NCBI RefSeq assembly: GCF_006345805.1
Contig: NC_043007.1
Location: 50,158,001-50,222,000, forward strand
DNA: 64,000 nt
Direction: 5' to 3'
From: Octopus sinensis
Taxonomy: Eukaryota
The notes under the pieces were generated by a model, which was given only the letters and a program-made list of their open reading frames with translations, was not told where the DNA came from and searched no databases. A program made the position numbers and the translations under genes. Each line of letters opens with the position of its first letter. Position 1 is the first letter of the stretch. Shown here one piece after another: positions 52,850-64,000 of the stretch.

Positions 52850-55800
52850 TTATATGCTTGACTTTTACTTTGTACAAGTTGATTCCAAGTCTCAATCAGA
52901 GACCTCAAGAGAAACAAGTTAGAAGTTCAATTTGGTATTATGCCTAGGGTGTCATAGTATTGTTCTAAAGAATGTTTAAGAAAACATAAGAAATTATAAG
53001 TATGTTTTAAAATTTGAGATTACATAGACAGTATTTTATGTAGGATTTGGGTAGTTCCCGTAAGCACTATCTTTTGAATTTCTGCCATTTTGGGGTTTCT
53101 AGGTATCTGAACCAGGTAGGGATCAGCCCCTTTTTCTATCATTCCTAGGGCACCTATGTCCACAGGTATTTTTTAGTCTTCAGGTTCCACTTTTTTCCAA
53201 TTTCTAATTCAAGATCTTTATACTTTTTCAGTTTTTGGTAGGTCTTGACTGATGCATTTATGTGGATTGAGACAGTCATATCAATGAGCAGGCATGATTT
53301 TTGTCTGAAGTCTTTTCGTCAGTTTGAACGGTGAAGTTCCAGAGGAATGAGATGTGATCCTTTTCAAGCACTGGAGATGCTTTATATTCTCACCAATTTT
53401 TATGATAAGTTTGGTCTAGGTTTTTTGCAAATTACCCAGTGAATATACTGTGCTGCTCTATAATGCCTGTTGAGATACTCTGTAGGCGCTAGAAGACTGC
53501 ACTTCGAGACAACATGATCGATGGTTTTATTTTGTTGTTTACATACATGATATGTTGGGCTACTGCCGTTCTTTAATATGTTGGCCTGATAGCTCCTTAT
53601 AGGGAGGCATTGATATGGGCTGCTATGATAAACCATTCTGTTTCTGATTTTAAGCCAGAAGACACTAACCATTGATGGGTAAGGGCTTTGTCAACATCGG
53701 CCTTATTAGCTCTCTTTGGGTATTTGCCAATGAGAGGTTTTTCTTGCCATTTATTAGTAAGAATATCTAAAGCAGCAGTTCTAGCATGGGTTTTCATACG
53801 TTTAGCTTTTTCTATGTTTGTTTCCAGTACGTCTCATTCTGGGATTTGTTGTATTTGGAACTCACTTAGATATTCTTTTGCCTGTTTTGTTACTGAGTAT
53901 GATGATTTCTTGTTTTCATGCTTTAAAACAAATTTTAACGTCGTCATCAGAGTTTTTCAGGTAGGTGTTGAGGCCAATTGTAGCAATCTTCATTGTTTGT
54001 TCCATTTGTAAAAGTCCACGGCCACCATCTTTTCTTGGCAGGTGAATTCGCTCTATATCTGCCTTCGGGTAGTGCATTTTATGCATTGTCAACAATTTTT
54101 GTATTTTTCTGTCAAGATTACATATTTCAGTAATTGACCAATTAATGATATTGAAACTGTAAGTCACGATTGGAATGGTCAAAGTATTGATCGCTTAGAT
54201 CCTGCTTCTTGCATTCAGCTCTGTCTTGAGTATTGCCCCTACCTGCGATAACATTCTCTTCTAATCCTTTCCCTCATCATTGAATTTTGATTTCATCACC
54301 TTCAAATACCCCTAGGTAATTGTAGCTCTCCGCTGGTTCTAACTCCTTTATGACATTCAAGATTAACGTTTGATGTTTCTGTCATTTTTTCCTTTGATAA
54401 AAGTAGCTTTTGCACATTTATCGAGGCCAAATTGCATCCTGATTTCACCACTGAATTGTTTAACGATTGCTAGTAAGCCCTGTAGTTGTTGGACATTTTG
54501 TTGCAAAATGCGTTATATCATCCATCTAAAAGAGATGATTTATATTTTCATCAAACATTTTATAGCCATATTGTACATCATCGAGCAATTTCGAGAGCGG
54601 TATTAATGTTAGACATAAGAAGTGTGGTGATAGAGAGTTACCCTGGAAAATACCACATGAAATTCTTACACCTCCAGCATTAAGTGATTCATTGTCACTG
54701 TTCAAAGTCAGTGTGATTCTCCATGATCTCATATTTTCAGACAAGAAGTTTCACAGAGTAGGTGCTATTTTACAAGTTTTTGTGTCGTTTGTGACAACCT
54801 TCCAAGATCATCTTATTGATGAGTAGCTGATGGGGCCCACGTTTACATCCTTTTGCTCATTAAAGAATGCATCACTTTTTATTAAAAAACTATAGGTCAT
54901 GCAGTCAAGACAGATGTTAGTATTTTATACATTGATGTTAAGCAGATTATGGTCTGTAATATTTTGGTTCATTTGCTTCTTCATTTTTTGGAAGTAGGAA
55001 TGTAATACCATTAACTATCCAAGTGGGAATCATATTAGGTTGTTGCAAAACATTGTTGTAAAGTGTTAGCAGTTCATGACTCTCTGGGTAGGCATCCAGC
55101 CAGAAGTTAGAAATTTTATCCTTTCCTGGTGACTTCCATTTACTTGACTTCCCGAAAGCAGATCTTGCATCCTCTACCTTGATACCCTCCCATTTTTTCT
55201 CGTCTGTAGATATTCAATCCAAGGGGCATTTTCATTGTGTCTTTTTTCTTCTGCCCAAATTTCATTCTAAAATTCCTGCACTTCTTTTGATGGGACAGAC
55301 TTTACTGTAACTGGTATTTTCCCTACATTCCTATAAAAAATTTTGGGGTTATTTTTGAACGTGTTGTTGTCCTTGAAGAATCTAACCCGCTTTCATACCT
55401 TGCTATGCGGACAGCTTTAGTACATACTTTTTGCTTGATAGTTTCTATGGTGGTATCGATGTCCAGTATGGTTTTCATATATTTTTTTTAATTTTCAGAA
55501 TTTTGTTGGTTTGATAGTCTTGTCAAAATTAAGGTTTCTTTTAAACATTCTATGTCAGACCTAAGTAGCTGAATTTGGTGTTGAATACGCTCTTGCCAAG
55601 TTGGCTTTGTTTGGGAATGTTGTCGTTATGCAATCTTTTCACCACATAGAATCGTTGACATGTTCGCGGATGCATAGCACAGGTGGTTGATATATGTAAT
55701 ATCAACATCATTAGCTGAAATTATATCCTTAAGTGCAAGGCGGATTTTACCAATTAGTTTCAGGTTTTGGTTAGAGTTGCGAAATTTGGGGTTTTAAAAT

Positions 55801-55900
55801 GTTCTGCGATCAATTCATGGCAACTAAGGAACTTTTTTATCCAAAATCCCTGAGCACCATCAGGTCATGCTGCTTTTCAAGTGCTTATCTTTCTAGTCAT
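52850..55900 (-). mobile_element. Longest R4/Dong-like LINE copy (about 3 kb), disrupted
   Basis: KPTWQERIQHQIQLLRSD (N-terminal region), EQKGCKR, GIFQGNSLSP, INHLF, TIPIVTYSF, HYPKADIERIHLPRKDGGRGL, SETE..IIAA and RHYRAAQYIHW, then 3' UTR and (TAA)n tail. Confidence 0.92.
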
Positions 55901-56949
55901 ATTTCCGATACTGTCTTCTGTGAAGTGGATAGCCTCTTGCTGGGGATAAGAAGCGGGAAAGGGAGGATTATATGTGAGGAAAGGAGAGAAGAGAGAGGAA
56001 GAGGTAGGCATGAAAAAGAGAGGAGGAGCAGATAACGAAGATGTGCAGGAAAACGAAAAATAAAATTTATAATTCTAAATAGTATTTATGATTCTAAATA
56101 ATTCTAATGAGATGAAGTGAAAAAAAGAAATGATCGTGAAAAGAAAGGGGATTCGTAATGATTTCTATTTTTCAAATAGAATCTAAACGAAGAGGTCGTA
56201 TATATTCCTTTCATCACTTCGCGGTTGGTAAAATGAGTACCTGTTGAGCACTAAGGTCACTGAAATGGAAGAATGCCCCAACCAAAATAACCAGAAACGC
56301 TCTGTGTGGGATAAGCCCTTTGTAGTTCAGAAAGAGAGAAAGAAGGAAAGAAAGGGGTGCTTTTCCTGGGACGGTTGTAATTGATGAGAGCCAAAGAGGT
56401 TGAATAGCTTTTATGAATTGCAATAAGTTTCTTTTAGATATTGTGTGGTAATTTGTTTTTGTTTTTGTTTGATCTGTTGTTATGTTGCCCAGTTGTAGAA
56501 CGTAGAATCGTTAGAATTATTTGGAAAGGTTTTTAAATATGTGAGAGAGAGAGAGAGAGAGAGAGGGGGGGCATGTGTGTGTTGTGTGTTGGTTACTTAA
56601 AGTTTTCAAGTTATTTTAGTAACAGTAAAAGATAACATTATTAATAATAATATCCAGTGGTAATTTGGTTTGGTTTCGTCTGGAAAATTAGCTTTTTTAA
56701 AAGTATTCCTCAATTTTTATACATATATTTTTTACACGTTTAAAATGGTAGAAATTTTTCTTATACAATATAGTTCAAGGGAATTTTTCCAGTTATTTCA
56801 GTAGCATTAATGAAAACATTATTAATAGTAATATCCAGTGGTACTCTGGGGAACTAATTTTTTTTAATAAGGATTTCTCATGTACACACACACAAACACA
56901 CAAACATACGCACTCATACATACATACATCCATACATACATACATACAT

Positions 56950-56993
<44 letters not shown>

Positions 56994-57016
56994 TATATAT
57001 AATATATATATATATA

Positions 57017-58277
57017 TCAACAATCAAGGAACGGCCATAATAGGCCATTCACCCACTAGAAATAACAGCCAAAGCTTCAACCGCAAATAAAGATTAATTC
57101 CGTAAACAGGAGAAAATTTAAAAAACATTTACCTGTAATTTCTTGTACGATGCACCGTTTCATCTGCTGTTTAATGGTAAACTAACCTGATTAAATTAAA
57201 TCAAGCCAATCTTCCATGGCCCTCAGATTCTTCAGCAAGAAATAGCCAAAAAGAATTCTACAAAATTTTTTTTTGTCACCCTATATTGATTAATTATGAA
57301 TTTTCTGGTTAATTCCGTAATGGAATCGACGGCTTATATTTATTTGCTGCCGATAAATTTGGCGCGAGTGCGACGATTTGAAAATTTTAGGTCAGATATA
57401 TCACCTTGGCAGGGTCGGAAATGCCTCGTGAAAATATCTGTTCCGACTTGGCTATTTCTTGCTGAAGAATCTGAGGGCCTATGGAAGATTGGCTTGATTT
57501 AATTAATCAGTGTTAGTTTACCATTAAACAGCAGATGAAACGGTGCATCGTACAAGATTACAGGTAAATGTTTTTTTAATTTTTCTCCTGTTTACGGAAT
57601 TAATCTTTATTGCGGTGCGGTTGAAGCTTTGGCTGTTATTTCTAGTGGGTGAATGGCCTATATGGCCGTTCCTTGATTGTTGATGTTGAACTTTAAAATG
57701 GTCTATGACTATTTAATTTTTCCCACTAGGCCGCTGGTGGCAAAAAGAATTCTACAAAATTTTTTTTTTTTTGCCACCCTATATTGATTAATTATGATTT
57801 CTGGTTAATCCGTAATGGAATCGACGGCTTATATTTATTTGCTGCCGATAAATTTGGCGCGAGTGCGACGATTTGAAAATTTTAGGTCAGATATCACCTT
57901 GGCAGGGTCGGAAATGCCTCGTGAAAATATCTGTTCCGACTTGGCTATTTCTTGCTGAAGAATCTGAGGGCCTATGGAAGATTGGCTTGATTTAATTTAA
58001 TCAGGTTAGTTTACCATTAAACAGCAGATGAAACGGGCATCGTAAAAGAATTACAGGGTAAATGTTTTTTAAATTTCTCCTGTTTACGGAATTAATCTTT
58101 ATTTGCGGTTGAAGCTTTGGCTGTTATTTCTAGTGGGTGAAGGCCTATTATGGCCGTTCCTTGATTGTTGATGTTGAACTTAAAAATGGTCTAGACTATT
58201 TAATTTTTCCCACTAGGCCGCTGGTGGCAAAAAGAATTCTACAAAATTTTTTTTTTTTTGCCACCCTATATTGATTA

Positions 58278-58278
<1 letters not shown>
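57017..58278. repeat. Complex local duplication: inverted segment plus about 490-bp direct repeat x2 plus a partial third copy
   Basis: 57017-57249 is the reverse complement of 57448-57683; direct units start at 57247, 57741 and 58228 (CAAAAAGAATTCTACAAAA); (AT)n at both ends. Confidence 0.95.
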
Positions 58279-58310
<32 letters not shown>

Positions 58311-58338
58311 TAAATTACCACAAAACAAATTACCACAA

Positions 58339-58737
58339 GGCTGTGTGCTAAGTAGCTTGCTAACCAACCACATGGTTCCGGGTTCAGTCCCACTGCGTGG
58401 CATCTTGGGCAAGTGTCTTCTGCTATAGCCCCGGGCCGACCAATGCCTTGTGAGTGGACTTGGTAGACGGAAACTGAAAGAAGCCTGTCGTATATATGTA
58501 TATATACATATAAGTGTGTGTGTATATGTTTGTGTGTATGTGTTTGTCCCCTTAGCATTGCTTGACAACCGATGCTGGTGTGTTTACGTCCCCGTCACTT
58601 AGCGGTTCGGCAAAAGAGACCGATAGAATAAGTACTGGGCTTACAAAGAATAAGTCCCGGGGTCGATTTGCTCGACTAAAGGCGGTGCTCCAGCATGGCC
58701 GCAGTCAAATGACTGAAACAAGTAAAAGAGTAAAAGA

Positions 58738-58740
<3 letters not shown>
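58339..58740 (+). mobile_element. SINE family A, reference-like copy
   Basis: tRNA-like head with GGTTCAGTCCC B-box, CTTGGGCAAGTGTCTT core, internal (AT)/(GT)n and an (AAAGAGT) tail. Confidence 0.92.
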
Positions 58741-58771
<31 letters not shown>

Positions 58772-59253
58772 CACTTTTATTTTGGGTAAAAATGTATTTT
58801 ATAAAATGTTGTTTCATTGCCTTCCTGTATTTATTATCATCTATTAGACATTTGTGGAAAGGAAATATCTTGAATCTGCTGTTGCCACATACATCTAAGT
58901 GCTTGCTCAGCGAAATCACATGTAATCCTTTTTGTATGATGCGTTGTCTATGGATTCATGCACATTGGCAAAAGGAGTTGTTCGTTTCGCCAATATAATT
59001 CTCTAAAATTAGAGTAGATTATGCAATATTCTCTGTCTTTCAGTTGCATGAAATATGACCTTAAATTTGACCGCAGTTAATTACAATCCTTATATAAGAC
59101 CAAATGAACACTAACATGGACGTATGTAAGATGTATCAGACCAATATACTTCACTGGTACTCTCGTATGGGGACCGGAAGGATGAAATCAAAATTGGTTC
59201 AATGTCTAAGTAATTACGGCAAGACATATTAAATGTTCTTCCAATCTTGCAAT

Positions 59254-59310
<57 letters not shown>

Positions 59311-59879
59311 ATGGTGGTGATAGTAGTAGTAGTAGTGAGGAAGAAAGGAGGAAAGAGTGTGCGGTCGAAGGGGGGAAGCTTTAATTTCTTACATCAACAC
59401 AATGCTATAAGTTTATAACAGGACTTATATGATAATTTGATATAAATAATGCATTTTAAATATTTATAAAGCTGTTCAATATACACTATCGAAGCGGATA
59501 TATGCCTTGGACTGCTTTAGCAATCACTCATTTCCAACACACCCGTCTGTCTATCTGCTTCTCTCCTACCCCCTCTCTCCCTTCCACCATTTGCCATTGT
59601 ATGATGTCATTATTCAAAGTCTACTTCTTGTTATTGGGTTTTGCTGATAAGGTTTATGTTTAAAAGAATTCTAGATATGTCCACCCAGTCTAAGGACTGC
59701 ATTGTCTTGTATGTCCTACGTTTGAATTCAATTTCATTTCAGTTCATTCTCATATGCAGACGTGAATGACCAAAGTTAGCATTAAATAGTTATATGATGA
59801 ATATGATAGAGGTCTTTAATTTTTTGAATTCAGGAGAGAAATCGATGTCACTCTTAACTGAAAACAATTTTGTGATTAA

Positions 59880-60095
59880 CTTCAATGATCCTTCATTAAT
59901 CAACAAGGGAGCCACTGAGTTGTTGCTCTAATTGCTAGATATGGCAACGAAATCAAACTCAATTCATGACATACTGCCTAAACAACGGCGAAGTAGTTCT
60001 GGTTATCCTTTAAAATACTGACTGTTACGGGTGAACTGTCCTTGATTATAGGTTTACACGATCAGGTTTAACCTGGCGTTAAACAACATCAACAA
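59880..60095 (+). repeat. Dispersed repeat family F
   Basis: Ends CCTGGCGTTAAACAACATCAACAAC, like 12160-12190. Confidence 0.45.
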
Positions 60096-60418
60096 CGCCC
60101 TCTCTGAAACATAATACTTACACCAGCAGGCGCTATACTAGCGTATAGAATGTCATTAATTCAATATTTATCAAGTCTGTTTCTGAAACAGATATTTGTG
60201 ATTTTGAAAGATGCTAAGAAAAATTGATAAATTAATATGTTATCAGGTTCTTGTAGTTGTTTAATCAAGTCGTTATTGTTATTGTTGCTGTTGTTGTTTA
60301 TACCTACATCAGCCTTGATCCAAGAGATCTATGATAAAAGGTGTACCAGCTGTGACAGACTTGTATTTGTTATCCAAACACAATATATCATAAATAATGT
60401 ACCTTTCATTTTTCTTAG

Positions 60419-60464
60419 ACAATAGATAGCGATTTCAGAAAGATTGCTGTTTCTTACAATTCAA
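60419..60464 (+). CDS. Candidate micro-exon (46 nt)
   Basis: Acceptor CCTTTCATTTTTCTTAG, donor CAA|GTGAGT; only one open frame, TIDSDFRKIAVSYNS. Confidence 0.25.
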
Positions 60465-60578
60465 GTGAGTATGTAGATGCTCCTTCACTATATTTATATA
60501 TATTATATATAGTTATTAATTTACCTGTACAGATTTACGCTCGCGGCCACTAACGTTTATTATTTTTAGAAACATCGT

Positions 60579-60614
<36 letters not shown>

Positions 60615-60702
60615 TATAATTAAGGGCTAAAGAGGGTTATTCTAAAGCCAAATACACTGTTTTATCCACTTATAATCCGCTTGTTACAGGAAAATTGAAA
60701 CT

Positions 60703-60852
60703 ACAACGGGCTTCTTTCTGTTTCCATTTGCCAAATCCACTCACAAGGATTTGGTCAACCCGAAGCTATAGTAGTGAAACCTGCCCAAGATGCTATGCAT
60801 TGAGACTGAACCCGGAACCATATTGTTGGGAAGCAAGCTTTTTACCACACAT
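60703..60852 (-). mobile_element. SINE family A, 5' half
   Basis: CGGGCTTCTTTC...AAATCCACTCACAAGG...GACTGAACCCGGAACCAT. Confidence 0.82.
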
Positions 60853-60899
60853 CCCAAATGTCGAATTTTCCATGAGGTTCATACAGATTGTATAATTAG

Positions 60900-61420
60900 A
60901 ACGGTTACGTGTTTGGACTGGTGGTATTGTATTTTTAGTGTATCATTTGGCAGTAACCTTTCTAGAGACTAGGCTGCCTTTAATTTTAATTCTTTTGTTT
61001 TGGGTGCCCTTTTCTTTTGTAGGTCATTCATCAAAAGGAGGTATATTCTGATGGATGACAGATGGTGTTTCCGAGCTGCTTGGATTGTGCGTCAATACAC
61101 AAGGTAATGTATTGAGTGTACCAGGGTGTTTCGTGCTTCTTGTAATTCTTGAATGTCTACACTTATTGCACGTTTCACATCATTAATGATTTAAGTGACT
61201 GCGTATTGTCTTTCGAGTAATATATTTTAAAGTTCTTGGAATCGTTTCCCCTGGCTTCGGGATTCCATGAAATTGTGCAGATTCTTCTTGCCAGATTAAA
61301 AGGTATGTTGTTATTGTAGTTTAACCGCAGGTCAGTCACCTGTGACTGTTCAATCTTCTAGGATTAAAACCACCAGGAACACATTATTCAGTATGTCATT
61401 CACGTCTGAGAATGTAGTTT
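60900..61420 (-). mobile_element. Penelope-like element RT C-terminal remnant
   Basis: NNIPFNLARRICTIS matches the PLE motif NIPFxLARRICTIV; the downstream QNIPP resembles RQPPNL. Confidence 0.65.
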
Positions 61421-62046
61421 GATTTGAAATATAATTAACTCATAAACATTTAATAGTAACTAGTTCTCTTTTATGTTTGTATGTACATCCAAAATTCGTT
61501 ACCCATCTGGTTGACACAGTACCATTCACCAAAACACAGCAAACTCTGCGTTCTAGTGCTTCTTCACAATACATTTTCTACCTCTACAATGGTGGTATTT
61601 ACCACTCAAGGTTTTGGGATATAAAACATGATTTGTACAATTCAAGATCCGTGAATTTAATTCCAGTCAAAAGTGAAATATTGCAACATTTAAGAAGATA
61701 ACTAACAAACTCTCATAAAAAAAGGCTGGACCCATTGCATAATATAGTTCTGTTTATACTATAACTAAAAAAAGAAAGGATGGCTACGGCTGGTATGCCT
61801 TTGATTACAAATCTTCTCGTTAAAAGCTGACTTTAAAACAACTACAACTATAACAACAGCAGCAATAACACCATATGATTGATTGATTGATTGATTCTAG
61901 TTTCAGCTTATGAGCTGTGGCCATGCTGGGGCACCGCCATATCTTAACAATTTCTGTTAAATACATTACTTTTGCTTCAATTAATTTTGAGAATAATGAA
62001 GAATTTCTTAAAATAACTGTCAATATTGAATTAAGGTACAAGGGAT

Positions 62047-62255
62047 CAAGCTGGCAGAATCTTTAGCACTCTGGGCAAAGATGTTAAGCGGCATTTCGTC
62101 CGTCATTACGTTCTGTGTTCAAATTCTGCCAAGGTCGACTTTGCATTCCATACTTTCAGGGTCGATAAAATAAGTATCAGTTGAGCACTGGGGTCGATGT
62201 AATCAACTTAACCCCTCCACCGAAATTGCTGGCCTTGTGCTAAAATTTGAAACGA
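62047..62255 (+). mobile_element. SINE family B
   Basis: AGCTGGCAGAATC.TTAGCAC...GTTCAAATTC.GCC.AGGTCGACTTTGC. Confidence 0.88.
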
Positions 62256-62273
62256 ACATTGAGCTAAATTTTA

Positions 62274-62487
62274 AGGCGGCGAGCTGGTAGAATCGTTAGC
62301 ACACTGGACAAAATACTTAGCGGCTTTTCGTCCATCTTTACATTCTGAGTTCAAAATTCGGCGTGGTCGACTTTGCCTTTCATCCTGTCGGAGGTCGATA
62401 AAATAGGTAGCAGTTGAACACTGGGATCGATTTAATGGACTTATCTCTGCCCCCGAAATTGCTGGCCTTGTGCCAAAATTTGAAATA
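62274..62487 (+). mobile_element. SINE family B (tandem neighbour)
   Basis: GGCGGCGAGCTGGTAGAATCGTTAGCAC...GCCTTTCATCCTGTCGG.GGTCGATAAAAT. Confidence 0.9.
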
Positions 62488-63825
62488 AATACTAAACTGA
62501 GATTTGGAACAAATTACCATGAAATTTCGATGAAAGGTTTTAATTTAGATCTCTTTAACGATTTATGACTATATTGTTGACAATGTAATTAAAATAAGGC
62601 ACTCCAAGATATGTTACAATATTAATTAAGGTGCATTACCATATGAAAGACTGTATACGGGTGAATTTCTTGTACATCATTTCTGTAGGTTGAGTTCAAA
62701 CCTGTGGCAAGCGTTTCATTCATGCACTCCCATTGTACGTGTTTCAATAGAATATGTGGTATCATGTAACCGGCCATCATCTGGGAATGTTATTGCAATA
62801 AACTAGGGTTTAATCTAAATATTCATTTCTTATCCGCTTCTATGACTGAAACAGGATCTAAGCGTCGATTAACGGAGAACATGTAGAACTTCAGCGACGT
62901 CTGATTACTTTTTTACAAAATTCCAGACAAGCAAGAAGTCATGATAAACTATTTCCCCTTCGTTATCAAACTGTTGCATTCGTCCATATCGCTTCCAATA
63001 CTTGGTGCAGTACCGGGATGCAAGATTACTGTGTGAAGTTAGATAATTCTTAGTTGTGATAAACAATTAGTAATAATATCAATACAACCATAACGAAAAT
63101 ATTTTAAATTGCAAAATTGTTTTTCATTCACTAATACTAAATATATCACTAAAGAATCCAAAGTCGACCATTTTTGCGTTGACAGAAATTTTGTTTCTGT
63201 ATTTCAAAACATTATGGAGGAGACAAAAGAGAGAAGAAACAGTGTTTCAAATGCTAAAGTAACCCAGAGTCAGTGTCTTCACAGAAATAGCAAAATCACT
63301 AAAATACTTTTCTTTAAAATACTTAATCTTTCGTTTCCTTTGTTCTGATAGGAAAAACTGTCGAGTCGAGACTAATTTTGTCTTTATACCTTAAATTGCG
63401 GGAAAGAGTTGTATAAATGTATGCCAAATGGTCGAAAACAAAAATATCTTTTCACTAAGGATAACTTCTATACTTATTTTCAATTTAAATAAGTACAAAA
63501 CGTACAATAATTGAGAGTCTCATGCACTATAAAATTTACAATCTCGTTGCTGGAAAGCGCCATAAAATATTCGCTTGCCTTTGATGAAGGCTGTATCCTT
63601 GCAAAACTTATGAAACACCGTTTGATGATGTCTACCGTATAAAAGTTTATCTCTCTGTAGTCGTTAAATAATTACCAGTAATATATCTCGGTCAGTTTGA
63701 CAGATCGCTTATAATACTTCCCCATTAAGATTAGAAAGTACGTCTGTTCCACAGATATTTTAGAAAGTTATTCTGGAAAACGTGTTTGTAATCAAAGTGT
63801 TTTAATAATACAAGCAACCTAAAAG

Positions 63826-63960
63826 ATGGCGAGCTGGCAGAATCGCTAACACCCCGGACAAAATGCTAAGCGGAATTTCGGCGTTCCTTACATTCTGAGT
63901 TCAAATTCCGCCAAGGTCGACTTTGCCTTTCATTGCTGGCCATGTACCAAAAATTTGAGA
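63826..63960 (+). mobile_element. SINE family B with internal deletion
   Basis: Head and B-box present; the core joins directly to the TTGCTGGCC tail. Confidence 0.85.
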
Positions 63961-64000
63961 ACAGTATTACAAACGACGTCAACGATGAAGATAACAGCTG

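Overview
AT-rich eukaryotic genomic DNA with no prokaryotic features: no operons, CRISPR array, rRNA or true tRNA gene. The repeat make-up suggests a coleoid cephalopod, probably Octopus (inference): dense (AT)n, (AC)n, (TAA)n and (ACAT)n microsatellites plus several recurring tRNA-headed SINE families. The window is mostly repeats. It holds about eight decayed copies of R4/Dong-like restriction-endonuclease LINEs, most of them sitting in (TAA)n arrays, and remnants of RTE, CR1/L2 and Tx1 LINEs. It also has a Chapaev3-type transposase 5' remnant, two MITE-like elements, at least five Penelope-like element (PLE) pieces and one 100-N scaffold gap. Two PLE pseudo-LTRs keep complete minimal hammerhead-ribozyme motifs (9823-9867, 45070-45154), and three PLE loci carry an inverted copy of the sequence starting at or just beyond the predicted cleavage site. 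Two long near-perfect foldback or duplication structures (7.3-7.9 kb, 57.0-58.3 kb) are either recent rearrangements or long-read artefacts. Host coding evidence is weak and unnamed: a phase-compatible three-exon chain at 42.0-44.2 kb (+) and a coding-like island at 14.3-15.1 kb. Almost all ORFs in the supplied track are microsatellite or SINE artefacts.
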